A DNA stretch of 64,000 nt, taken from NCBI GenBank assembly GCA_963827655.1, contig CAWHCF010000010.1:128001-192000 (forward strand), read 5' to 3'. The translations under genes were made by a program, and so were the position numbers. The notes beneath the pieces were generated by a model, which worked only from the letters and a program-made list of their open reading frames with translations, made no database searches and was not told the DNA's origin. Below, piece after piece: positions 55,293-64,000 of this stretch (the first letter of the stretch is position 1; each line of letters begins with the position of its first letter). Origin of the DNA: an uncultured Acidobacteriota bacterium. GTDB taxonomy: Bacteria > Acidobacteriota > UBA6911.

Positions 55293-58076
55293 ATGGGGAA
55301 GCACGGCGTCGGGATCTCGTTCCAACTGGTGGCGCTACTAAGCATTGTCGCAGTCCGGGCGCCGGCTCAAAACAGAATCACCAGTCCGAAAGAACAATTT
55401 GGATTCAACCTCGGGGACGACTACCAGCTGGCCAACTACGCGCAGCTGGTCCAGTACTGGAAAAAACTCGATCAGCAATCGGATCGAATGAGTCTGGTCG
55501 AGATAGGAAAGACCGCCGAAGGACGCTCTATGTTGATGGCGATCATCACCTCGCCCGAAAATCACAAGCGGCTCGACCGCTATAAAGAGACTTCCGGCCG
55601 CCTGGCTCTGGCCGAAGGGGTCGGCGACGAGCAGGCGCGCCGCCTGGCAGCCGAAGGCAAAGCGATCGTTTGGATCGATGGTGGCTTGCACGCTAACGAA
55701 GTGTTGGGCGCTCAGCAGCTGATGGAAATGGTTTACCAGATGGTGAGCCTGACGGACCCGGAAACTCTGCGCTTCCTCAACGACGTAATCCTGCTTGCGG
55801 TTTGCGTGAATCCGGACGGGCTCGACCTGGTCGCAGACTGGTACATGCGAGAATCGGAGCCCGCCCGGCGCTCCACGGCGGGTCTGCCCCGTTTGTACCA
55901 GAAGTACATAGGCCACGATAACAACCGCGACTTCTACATGTCGAACCAGCCCGAAACCGAAGCCATTAACCGCGTCTTGTATCTCGAGTGGTTTCCCCAG
56001 ATCGTTTACAATCATCATCAAACCGGTCCGCAAGGAACCGTACTCTTTGCCCCGCCGTTTCGGGATCCTTTCAACTATTACTTCGACCCGCTCGTGCCGC
56101 TTGGGATTGATCTGGTCGGGGCTGCCATCCACAGCAGGTTTGTCGCCGAAGGCAAGCCGGGGGCGACGATGAGGTCGGGAGCTAGTTACTCGACCTGGTG
56201 GAACGGCGGACTGCGAACCACAGTTTACTTTCACAACATGATCGGACTGCTGACCGAGATGATCGGCAACCCGACGCCGATCCAGATTCCATTCATCGCG
56301 CAAAAACAGCTGCCGAGCGGAGATCTTCCCTATCCGATTGCGCCTCAGAAATGGCACTTCCGCCAATCAATCGAATACTCGATCACGGCGAATCGCGCCG
56401 TCCTTGATGTCGCCTCGAGACATCGGGAGGATTTCCTTTTGAACATTTACCGGATGGGAAGAAACGCCATCGAGCGGGGAAGCCGAGACCACTGGACCGT
56501 CTCCCCCAGGCGCGTCGCTGCGGTTCAGGCAGCGTTCGGGAAGGAACTGGAGCAAGAGCCGCGGCGAGCAACGGCCGGATCCGGTGAATTCCCGATGAAA
56601 GGCTTTGAGATGCTGCGGGACCCCGCTTTTCGCGATCCGAGAGGTTACATTCTCCCTTCGGATCAGGCGGATTTCCTGACCGCGACCAAGTTCATCAACG
56701 CGCTCCTGAAAACCGGAATAACCATTCATAGAGCTACCAGCCCGTTTCAGGTCGGCGGGAAGCGTTACCCTGCAGGCTCCTACGTCGTCAAGACGGCACA
56801 GGCGTTCCGGCCGCACGTCCTGGACATGTTCGAGCCCCAGGATCATCCTCACGACCTCGCTTATCCCGGCGGCCCGCCGAAACCTCCCTATGACAGCGCC
56901 GGTTGGACGCTGGCATACCAGATGGGGGTTTCGTTCGATCGAATCCTGGAGGGCTTCGACGGACCTTTGGAAAAGGTGCCGGGCGTGGTGAAGCCTCCAC
57001 CCGGCAGGGTGGAGGCGGTCGATGGAGCCGCCGGGTTTCTTCTGAGCCATCAAATCAACGATTCTTTTGTCGCGATAAACCGGCTGCTTGCCGCCGGCGA
57101 AGATGTCTACTGGTTGAAAAATCCTTTGCAGGCAAACGGGAGATCGTTCCTGCCGGGAACCATATTCATCACGGCCAAGGGCTCAACGTTGTCAAGCGTG
57201 CAAAAGCTTTCGGCCGAGGTCGGCCTGAACTTCGACGCTTGCGCTGCGCGGCCTGCGGGCCAGGCTCTCAAGTTGCGCCGCGTGCGCATCGGGTTATGGG
57301 ACCGATACGGCGGCTCCATGCCTTCGGGCTGGATACGGTGGCTGCTGGAAAAATTTGAGTTTCCGTTTGACGTTGTGTATGCGCCGAAGCTGGATCAGGG
57401 GAACCTGTCCAGCAAATACGACGTCCTGATCTTTGCCGATGGCGCCATTTCTGAGAGCGAGGGGAGGCGCGGCACGCGGCGCGACGACTCGCCGGATCCC
57501 GCAGGGATTCCCGCGGAGTATCGCGAGCGGCTCGGCAGCCTGAGCGTCGCGAAGACGATTCCGCAATTGCGAACTTTCCTCGAAGAGGGCGGGACCATCC
57601 TCGCAATCGGAAGCTCGACCGGCGTCGGATACCACCTGGGCTTACCCATCACGAACGCATTGACGGAAAAAGCTGCGAACGGCACTGAGCGACCCCTCCC
57701 GCAGGACAAGTTCTATGTCCCGGGATCGATTCTCCAGGTCCGCGTCGATCACACAAATCCACTGGCCTATGGCGTGGGCGAAAGTGCGGATGTGTTTTTC
57801 GACAACAGTCCGGTGTTTCGTCTCAGACCCGACGCGGCGCTCAAAGGTTTACGACCGGTCGCCTGGTTCGACAGCAAGAAGCCGTTGAGAAGCGGCTGGG
57901 CCTGGGGGGAAGCCTATCTGGAACAGGGAACGGCGATCGTCGACGCCAGCGTTGGAAAAGGCAAACTCGTGCTCTTCGGACCCGAAATAGTCTTTCGGGC
58001 GCAGCCTCACGGCACCTTCAAGTTTCTCTTCAACGGGATCTACTACGGGCGGGCCGAGCCGGTGAACTTGCAGTAG
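55293..58076 (+). CDS. Secreted M14 zinc carboxypeptidase family protein
   Basis: Signal peptide; GLHANE, NPDG, DNNRD, HHQ. Confidence 0.9.
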   Translation: MGKHGVGISFQLVALLSIVAVRAPAQNRITSPKEQFGFNLGDDYQLANYAQLVQYWKKLDQQSDRMSLVEIGKTAEGRSMLMAIITSPENHKRLDRYKETSGRLALAEGVGDEQARRLAAEGKAIVWIDGGLHANEVLGAQQLMEMVYQMVSLTDPETLRFLNDVILLAVCVNPDGLDLVADWYMRESEPARRSTAGLPRLYQKYIGHDNNRDFYMSNQPETEAINRVLYLEWFPQIVYNHHQTGPQGTVLFAPPFRDPFNYYFDPLVPLGIDLVGAAIHSRFVAEGKPGATMRSGASYSTWWNGGLRTTVYFHNMIGLLTEMIGNPTPIQIPFIAQKQLPSGDLPYPIAPQKWHFRQSIEYSITANRAVLDVASRHREDFLLNIYRMGRNAIERGSRDHWTVSPRRVAAVQAAFGKELEQEPRRATAGSGEFPMKGFEMLRDPAFRDPRGYILPSDQADFLTATKFINALLKTGITIHRATSPFQVGGKRYPAGSYVVKTAQAFRPHVLDMFEPQDHPHDLAYPGGPPKPPYDSAGWTLAYQMGVSFDRILEGFDGPLEKVPGVVKPPPGRVEAVDGAAGFLLSHQINDSFVAINRLLAAGEDVYWLKNPLQANGRSFLPGTIFITAKGSTLSSVQKLSAEVGLNFDACAARPAGQALKLRRVRIGLWDRYGGSMPSGWIRWLLEKFEFPFDVVYAPKLDQGNLSSKYDVLIFADGAISESEGRRGTRRDDSPDPAGIPAEYRERLGSLSVAKTIPQLRTFLEEGGTILAIGSSTGVGYHLGLPITNALTEKAANGTERPLPQDKFYVPGSILQVRVDHTNPLAYGVGESADVFFDNSPVFRLRPDAALKGLRPVAWFDSKKPLRSGWAWGEAYLEQGTAIVDASVGKGKLVLFGPEIVFRAQPHGTFKFLFNGIYYGRAEPVNLQ

Positions 58077-58128
58077 CCGCGAACCCAATACCACGAGGAC
58101 ACAAAGACACGAAGGAACACCAGATGGG

Positions 58129-58722
58129 TCAAGGAATGTGAACCGGTCCCGGTGCTACGACAGGCGCGGTCATGAATCCTACGGTTTCCTTGTAGGCAAC
58201 GGCGATCGCCGCGACCGAGACTGGAATGGTCACCAGCAATCCAACCCCGAGCAGAATCAAGCCCAGCAGGTTGAACAGGAGCAGCAGAAAAACGAAAAGG
58301 ATATATCCCAGCAGGTCCTGAACTACGAGTCGGCGGCTGGACTCCATCGCCTCCCAGAATCCTAACTTGCGATCCACCAGAAAGAGGTAGGCAAAGAGAT
58401 AGAACGCGGCCACGATAAGCGCCGGAAAAATGCAGAGGGCGAGACCGACAACGGTAAAGATCGCCGTGATGATTCCAACCAGAAACGCATCGATGAACAG
58501 GTTGAATCCGGCGAACAAGTCCATCAGATCGGTACGTCCGTGCAACATGCGGCGCTTCACCGCAATGAACATTCCCGCCAGAAGGGGACCGGCCACTACG
58601 AAATTCGCCACTGACGCCAACGCACCGGCGATCAGGGTAATAAGGATGAAATTGCCAATGTCTTCCTTGAAGATGGCCCATCCCATACGGATCCACCGGC
58701 CTGGCGTCACGTTGTTTGCCAC
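58129..58722 (-). CDS. Integral membrane protein (DUF975/BPSS1780-like)
   Basis: 4-5 TM helices; GFWEAMESSRRLV, GLLVTIPV. Confidence 0.75.
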   Translation of the reverse strand: MANNVTPGRWIRMGWAIFKEDIGNFILITLIAGALASVANFVVAGPLLAGMFIAVKRRMLHGRTDLMDLFAGFNLFIDAFLVGIITAIFTVVGLALCIFPALIVAAFYLFAYLFLVDRKLGFWEAMESSRRLVVQDLLGYILFVFLLLLFNLLGLILLGVGLLVTIPVSVAAIAVAYKETVGFMTAPVVAPGPVHIP

Positions 58723-58990
58723 AGGTCTCTCCCTCCGTCCGCGTATTCGGTACCAGTCCTGGATTACGACTTGTCTTGCCGGAAAGTTCCAACCGGGAAG
58801 CCGGTCGGCGCTTCAGTGACGATGAAAGTTCTCGAGTCCCGCAGTCTCGGATGACATTTGTCCGAAGTTCACGAAGAGCTAAGAAATTGCCAGCCAGGCG
58901 AAATCAGAGGCACGAGGGCACAGGTAGCCCCGCTATGTAGACCTGCGCTAGGCGGTGGATTCTGACAGCCGGAGGCAGGACATTACCCGG

Positions 58991-59317
58991 CTACTCGAGA
59001 TCTACCTCGTCCGGCTCCTGGTCTTCATGCTGCTTGTACATGTACTTTATGACCTGTTTCAGAATCAGAAGATTAGGGCCGTCCTGACGATGAACCTTGA
59101 TGCAGTTCTTGTCGTACCATTCGATTACCCCCCGAATTTCTTCGCCGTCAAGCAGCTTGACCACCATCGGGGTTTTTGCGGCCATCTGCTTGATATAGTA
59201 GTAGTTCTCAGCATTGGTTACTTCGGGAGGCACTCGCTTACGCGGGGTCGTGCCGTAGCGCGGCATCTGATCCTTGATTTCAGACAGACTAGGTCGGATC
59301 AGCTTGCGATTAACCAT
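58991..59317 (-). CDS. hfq: Hfq-like Sm-fold RNA chaperone with N-terminal extension
   Basis: GGAGG RBS; TPMVVKLLDGEEIRGVIEWYDK..IKV...LLILKQVIKY. Confidence 0.75.
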   Translation of the reverse strand: MVNRKLIRPSLSEIKDQMPRYGTTPRKRVPPEVTNAENYYYIKQMAAKTPMVVKLLDGEEIRGVIEWYDKNCIKVHRQDGPNLLILKQVIKYMYKQHEDQEPDEVDLE

Positions 59318-59448
59318 AAAGCCTTCCTCCTAGGGAGGTACATAATATGAAAACCAAAAATCTTTGGGGGAAACGCGCTGCCTGCTGTTCGTGACCGCCC
59401 AAACGGATTACAAATCGCGACAGGATCTTCCAAAGCCGGATTGCCAAC

Positions 59449-59499
59449 ATACTAGCTTGCGCTGCAACCTTTGACAAGAGAAAAATTATCCGGTACCTT
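59449..59499. promoter_or_regulatory. Overlapping divergent sigma70-type promoters (hfq-like and TPR genes)
   Basis: Plus strand TTGACA-N17-TACCTT (59471-59499); minus strand TTGTCA-N17-TAGTAT (59477-59449). Confidence 0.5.
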
Positions 59500-59650
59500 A
59501 GGTTAGTCATGGATTTCCAGCAACTCAGGGTTCGCGCAATAATAAGCGTTACATTCTGCTGCGGGGGCCTCCGGGCTGCAGTCCGAAGGGGCGCGATCCC
59601 GAGCGCGCCAGACTGCGCGGCGAACGGAAAACACGGTTAAAAACTGTCCA

Positions 59651-60178
59651 ATGACTTTAGCGCCACAAGGTGAAGGTATTTCAGGGCGAGCCCTTAGCTC
59701 GCGGGGAGTTCTCCCTTATCAGAGGATCGGCAGATCAGTCGTAAGACTTCGGCGCCTTGGGCTTGCCGCGGTATTCGGGATTCTGATGAGCGCGGCCGTC
59801 GTATGGCCGCAGACTAGCCAAAATCGGCCCGCTCTTATCCGGGACACAGATAAAGCCGAGGGCAAGGAAGAAGAGGCTACAAAGGAAAAGACCTACAACC
59901 CGATGGAGGCAGAGAAGAGCGTCAAAATCGGTGATTTTTACTTCAAAAAGAAGAACTACACCGCTGCCATTCAGCGTTACACGGAAGCTTTGGAATATCA
60001 TCCTACCTTCAGCGTAGCCTACGAGAACTTGGGAAAAGCCTACGAGAAAAGCAACAACTATGAAAAGGCAATCCAGGTTTATCGTGACTACGTTGAGAAG
60101 AATCCAACCTCGGGCAAGGTTCCTGAATTCCAGTCGAGGATAGCGCGGCTGGAAAAGAAACTCCCACCTAACAAGTGA
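59651..60178 (+). CDS. Secreted tetratricopeptide-repeat protein (start uncertain)
   Basis: IGDFYFKKKNYTAAIQRY.EAL, AYENLGKAYEK. Confidence 0.82.
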   Translation: MTLAPQGEGISGRALSSRGVLPYQRIGRSVVRLRRLGLAAVFGILMSAAVVWPQTSQNRPALIRDTDKAEGKEEEATKEKTYNPMEAEKSVKIGDFYFKKKNYTAAIQRYTEALEYHPTFSVAYENLGKAYEKSNNYEKAIQVYRDYVEKNPTSGKVPEFQSRIARLEKKLPPNK

Positions 60179-60231
60179 TCCCCGCGATCGGGAGCCCGCG
60201 AATCCTTCCTCAGCTGCGATTGGTCAAGAAA

Positions 60232-61224
60232 TCACCCCTGCCGAGATAAATAGAGTGACTCCAGCGCGATCTGGCGGTTTACGTTGTGCACGAGCTCCTT
60301 CTTGAGCGTCTTCATGGCTTCGATCGCAGACACTATCCGGGAGCGTGGCACTGAAGCCGCCAGCTGGGTCAACTCGTCGGCGATGTCGCTCTGGCCCATT
60401 CGCTCCGGCGCGACCTGGGCGAAGTAGACGTCCTGCAGCAGCGCCATCACGGACTCCATCCAGGGTTGAAAGCCATCCTTGTCTTTGTACTGGAGGGCTG
60501 ACAATCTGCTCGCCTCGGTGAACCTGGAGGAGGGGCTGAGCAGCAGCTGCACAAAAAGGAGCGCCTGCTTTCGCACCTTTGGATAGTGCTGCGAGTCAAA
60601 TGAAAGCGCAGCCCCGAGGCTGCCATTGCTGAAGAAAGCCGCCAGGCGAGCCTCCTTCGAATCAAATTTTTGGACGCCGATCAAATATTCTTCAATCTCT
60701 TGCTGCGGCAGGCCTCCAAACTGCAGCAGGCGGCATCGCGAACGAATCGTCGGCAAGAGCGAGTACGGATTGCTGGTTATCAGGATGAGATAGGTCCTGC
60801 TGGGCGGTTCCTCCAGTGTTTTCAGGAGACTATTCGCGGTCTCGTTTTTCATCTGATCCGCGGGATCCAGAATTGCGAACCGATAACGAGCTTCGAAGGG
60901 TTCGAAGGCGACTTCATTGATCAGCGCCCGGATCTGTTCAATCCGGATGACGGTACCTTCGGGTTTGATCTCACGGATGTCGGGATGATTTCCCTGACGA
61001 TCGAATCTTCAGGCAACTTCGACAGGCTCCGCACGCGTCTTCTCCAGCCGGGGAAAGACAATTGATTGTTGCGCCACAAGCAACGCGAGCGTTCGCTTCC
61101 CTACGCCGGAAGGTCCGGCAAAGATCAGGGCGTGGGGAAGTCGATTCCGAGCCAATGCGCCGCGCACGATGTGCACGACCGGGGCATTGCCGAGAAATGA
61201 ACCGAAAGTCGTTGGTTGCTGCAT
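60232..61224 (-). CDS. holB: DNA polymerase III delta' subunit (two indels near 61066 and 60995)
   Basis: HALIFAGPSGVGK, CGACRSC, NHPD, ANSLLKTLEEP, LLPTIRSRC; downstream of tmk. Confidence 0.92.
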
Positions 61225-61244
61225 CGGGCTAGCTCAATTTCGAA

Positions 61245-61398
61245 GCTATCAGCTATCACCGTCTGCTGTCAGCTGTCAGCTTCAACTTCCGAGATAGTAA
61301 TGTCGGTGCCCACAAAAGCAAAATGTTACGGGTTTGTTTTACGAAGTCTCTGAGGCCGCAACCCAGCGTTCTTCGTCCAGAAGCTGACGGCTGATAGC
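61245..61398. repeat. Inverted heptamer arms (AGCTRTC/GAYAGCT) enclosing ~100 bp between tmk and holB
   Basis: agctatcagctatc..gctgtcagctgtcagct ... agctgacggctgatagct. Confidence 0.75.
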
Positions 61399-61403
61399 TC
61401 CTC

Positions 61404-62042
61404 TCAGGACTTCGTCGACAACCAGGTTTTGAGCAGGACCTGGATTCGGTCGAATACTTCGTCCTCGCTTCCTGACGAATCAATAACCCGGACGCGCTGG
61501 GGAGCGGATTCAGCCAGGGCGAGGTATCCTTTTCGAACGTCTCTGTGGAACGAAATGTCCTCCGCTTCGAACCGTCCTTCGTCCGTGTCCGGGCCCTTTG
61601 CTTGATCGCGAGACCGGGCGCGCGCAAGCCCGACCGTGGGATCGACGTCCAGCAGGATGGTGAGGTCGGGCTCCGGAATCCGCAGGGCGGCGGCCAGAGC
61701 ATCGATCAATTCCCGGGGCAGCCGGCGCGCGAAGCCCTGATACACGCGGGTGGCATCGTGAAATCGGTCACAGAGGACGATGATACCGCGGTCCAGGGCC
61801 GGTTGAATCACTTCGTTGACATGCTGGTAGCGGTCGGCAAGATAGAGGAGAAGCTCGGTCACCGGTTCCCGCGGCGGCCCGCCTTCTCGAAGCAGAACCT
61901 GCCTCAGGGCCAGGCCGAGCCCAGTGCCCCCGGGTTCGCGCGTGACCAGGCAACGAAGGTTTTTTTGGTTTAGATATTTCTCGACTCGTCGAATCTGCAG
62001 GCTCTTCCCTGATCCTTCAATCCCTTCAAATGTGATGAACAT
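61404..62042 (-). CDS. tmk: Thymidylate kinase
   Basis: FITFEGIEGSGKS, TREPGG, LCDRF, PDLTILLDV. Confidence 0.96.
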   Translation of the reverse strand: MFITFEGIEGSGKSLQIRRVEKYLNQKNLRCLVTREPGGTGLGLALRQVLLREGGPPREPVTELLLYLADRYQHVNEVIQPALDRGIIVLCDRFHDATRVYQGFARRLPRELIDALAAALRIPEPDLTILLDVDPTVGLARARSRDQAKGPDTDEGRFEAEDISFHRDVRKGYLALAESAPQRVRVIDSSGSEDEVFDRIQVLLKTWLSTKS

Positions 62043-62174
62043 CGGCCCGATCCCGCTGACAATGAAAACCGGACGCAGACTCCCAAGAAACGCGAACCAT
62101 CTTTACCGACGAGTTGGTACTATACAACCGGACTGGAAGCGGCAGGTCATCGAAAGCAGATCCGGGCAAGCTGA

Positions 62175-62886
62175 ATGACCGATATTTCAAGCAACGTCAA
62201 GCAAGTTTGCGAGCACATCAATCACGCTGCGGCAGCCAGCAGGCCGCGATCCCAAGGACGTCACGCTGGTCGCCATAAGCAAGACCTTTCCGGTGGAAGC
62301 AATTTCCGAAGCCATTGAGGCAGGCCTTCGAACGTTCGGCGAAAACCGCGTCCAGGAAGCTGAACCCAAGATCGGTTCGCTGGCCGCGAACCGCGCGCTC
62401 GAATGGCATCTGGTGGGGCACCTTCAATCAAACAAAGCCAAACGAGCGGTCCAACTCTTTGAGGTCATTCACTCAGTCGACAGTATCAAGCTGGCGCAAA
62501 AGCTCAGCCAGAGCTGTGTCGAGCTGGAAAAATCGGTTTCGGTCTTGATTCAGGTCAACCTTGGGTTGGAACAGACGAAATCCGGCGCAAGAAGCGAGCA
62601 GGTCGAGGAAATCGTTGATCAGGTTGCCCGTCTTCCAGGTTTGCGCCTGGATGGGTTGATGACTATTCCCCCTTTCTTCGAAAACCCGGATCAGAGCCGC
62701 CCTTTTTTCGCCCGGCTACGTGAGTTGAGGGATCGCATCGAGTCGGCTCATCCAGGCTCCCTGGGGCGGAAGCATCTTTCGATGGGTATGAGCCATGATT
62801 TCCGGGTGGCGATCGAAGAGGGCGCAACCATCGTGCGAATCGGAACGGCAATTTTCGGAAACCGCGAAGACGCAAAGCAGCCGTGA
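62175..62886 (+). CDS. yggS: PLP homeostasis protein YggS (+1 indel near 62238)
   Basis: LVAISK, FGENRVQE, WHLVGHLQSNK, GLMTIP, LSMGMSHDF, VRIGTAIFG. Confidence 0.93.
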
Positions 62887-63241
62887 GGCCGCAACCAAAA
62901 AGAAAAAAGCACCGCAGAGACGCCCGAGGGCGCAGAGGCATGCAGAGTGTTTCACTTTTATCCGAGCTCGATCAAAGAACCAAGACAAGCCGGCCCTTTA
63001 GGGTTCGCGCAGAAATAGGTTCGCATCTGCTGCAGCCCAAAGCTGGCGCTCGAACGAATCGGCGCTGCTAGATAAAGCGCTACATGGAGGCGCTCCGAGT
63101 AATCGCTCTTTCCGAATTAGAGACCTGAACCTCCGTGTGGCATTCGGACTCAGCCAGCGGAAGTGCTCTTCCTCCACCAAATCCTCGCAAAAAGGCAAGA
63201 AGTTATGGCGAGGAATTGCAAGGCCGCAAGACCGCGGGGTT

Positions 63242-63338
63242 GGTGGAAATGGTGTTGAAAACCTGTGAGGATGTTGTCTGAAGCTCGAATCAAGTTACTG
63301 AAAACAGGAAACTTGGTTAACCATCGGATTTTTCCACA
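63242..63338. promoter_or_regulatory. Cluster of DnaA-box-like sites in an intergenic gap
   Basis: GGTGGAAAT, TGTTGAAAA(CC), CTGTGAGGA, TTTTCCACA; two are identical to boxes flanking dnaA. Confidence 0.45.
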
Positions 63339-63373
63339 GGCTGCCTGGCCGGAAGGCGCGAGTAGCCCCGAAT

Positions 63374-63631
63374 CTACTCGGCTTCAACCAGGCGCAAGTG
63401 GACATGGTTGCGCCGGTGTTCTTCAAGGATGCGCCGGGCTTCCTGGGCAAGCGAGGCGGGGACGTAGATACGAATTTCTCCGAGCCCCTGGATATTGAGG
63501 GGGTAAACAACATGAAAAACCCGCGACGCGTAGTGGCAGGGGATGTTGTAGCTTTCGAGCAGGTTCTTGATGACAAAGGCTTCGCTGCCTGTGCCTGTTC
63601 TTGCGACAATGATGGGTGCTTGCTTGTCCAT
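63374..63631 (-). CDS. DUF2007 family protein
   Basis: EAFVIKNLLESYNIPC...GEIRIYVP...EARRIL. Confidence 0.8.
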   Translation of the reverse strand: MDKQAPIIVARTGTGSEAFVIKNLLESYNIPCHYASRVFHVVYPLNIQGLGEIRIYVPASLAQEARRILEEHRRNHVHLRLVEAE

Positions 63632-63635
63632 CGAG

Positions 63636-64000
63636 CTAGCCTACCACTTCCTGAAAGAGTCGGAAGAAATTCCCGCCGATGATCTTGTCAATTTCGGCTT
63701 GCGTGAATCCACCGCGCGAAAGAGCGTCAGCCAAGACGACCAGGCGTTTGGGCTGGTTCAGCTCCGGTACGCGGACGTGTGACGGACGCCGCGTGTAGAT
63801 GGTTCGGTTCGTGGTGCTCTGGAAGAACTGAACGTGTCCGGCAAGCTCTTCGGCCAATCGCTGGACGCCGCCCATTGGCCCGTCGCTTCCGAAACCCACA
63901 TGGTCTATACCGGCAAGGCGGACGGCATGCTTGATATGACCAACGACGGCGTCCAGCGTGGCGGTGTCGCGGTCGGTCAGCCAGCAGGTCATATTGAAGA
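63636..64000 (-). CDS. Membrane dipeptidase (M19) family, 3' end only
   Basis: HIKHAVRLAGIDHVGFGSDG, IDKIIGGNFFRLF. Confidence 0.85.
   Translation of the reverse strand, partial: FNMTCWLTDRDTATLDAVVGHIKHAVRLAGIDHVGFGSDGPMGGVQRLAEELAGHVQFFQSTTNRTIYTRRPSHVRVPELNQPKRLVVLADALSRGGFTQAEIDKIIGGNFFRLFQEVVG

Noticed and set aside
59577-59616. Hairpin GCAGTC..GGCGCG/CGCGCC..GACTGC in the TPR gene leader
   Set aside because: GC-rich stem with no recognisable RNA family signature; not enough to call an ncRNA.
62990-63070. tRNA-like GGTTCG motifs
   Set aside because: No cloverleaf or acceptor stem could be built.

Overview
GC-rich bacterial chromosomal window spanning the replication origin, most likely Acidobacteriota (inferred from the 'LPLNGRN'-type TonB receptor, the Hfq-like and S21 sequences, and kinase/TPR debris). 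From left to right it holds: a TonB receptor start; S9 peptidase; Tat-type aminotransferase; a small decayed accessory patch; alpha-2-macroglobulin-pbpC; a nucleoside salvage cluster with ispG; rpsU; gyrA-gyrB-recF-dnaN; a glycoside-hydrolase-like gene; oriC-dnaA; HIT-IHF-sppA-rpsA; a TIR/DUF4384-like gene plus a TPR-CHAT gene; a sugar catabolism cluster (FGGY, DUF1080-ThuA, Gfo/Idh/MocA, TIM-barrel, cupin); Fpg/Nei; M14 peptidase; hfq-like; holB-tmk; yggS; DUF2007; and a dipeptidase end. About ten single-base indels break genes, including the essential rpsA and holB, so they are read as sequencing or assembly errors. The best candidate novel system is the TIR-DUF4384 / TPR-CHAT pair (41695-46277). 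Both proteins keep their catalytic residues and share the pentapeptide RDLGA (twice in the protease, once in the TIR protein linker), which suggests a protease-gated TIR signalling or defence module. Also notable are a B. subtilis-like origin unwinding element, a second DnaA-box cluster ~27 kb from oriC, and two dispersed intergenic repeat families. No rRNA, tRNA, CRISPR array or intact transposase was seen. All family assignments are by eye from motifs; no searches were run.
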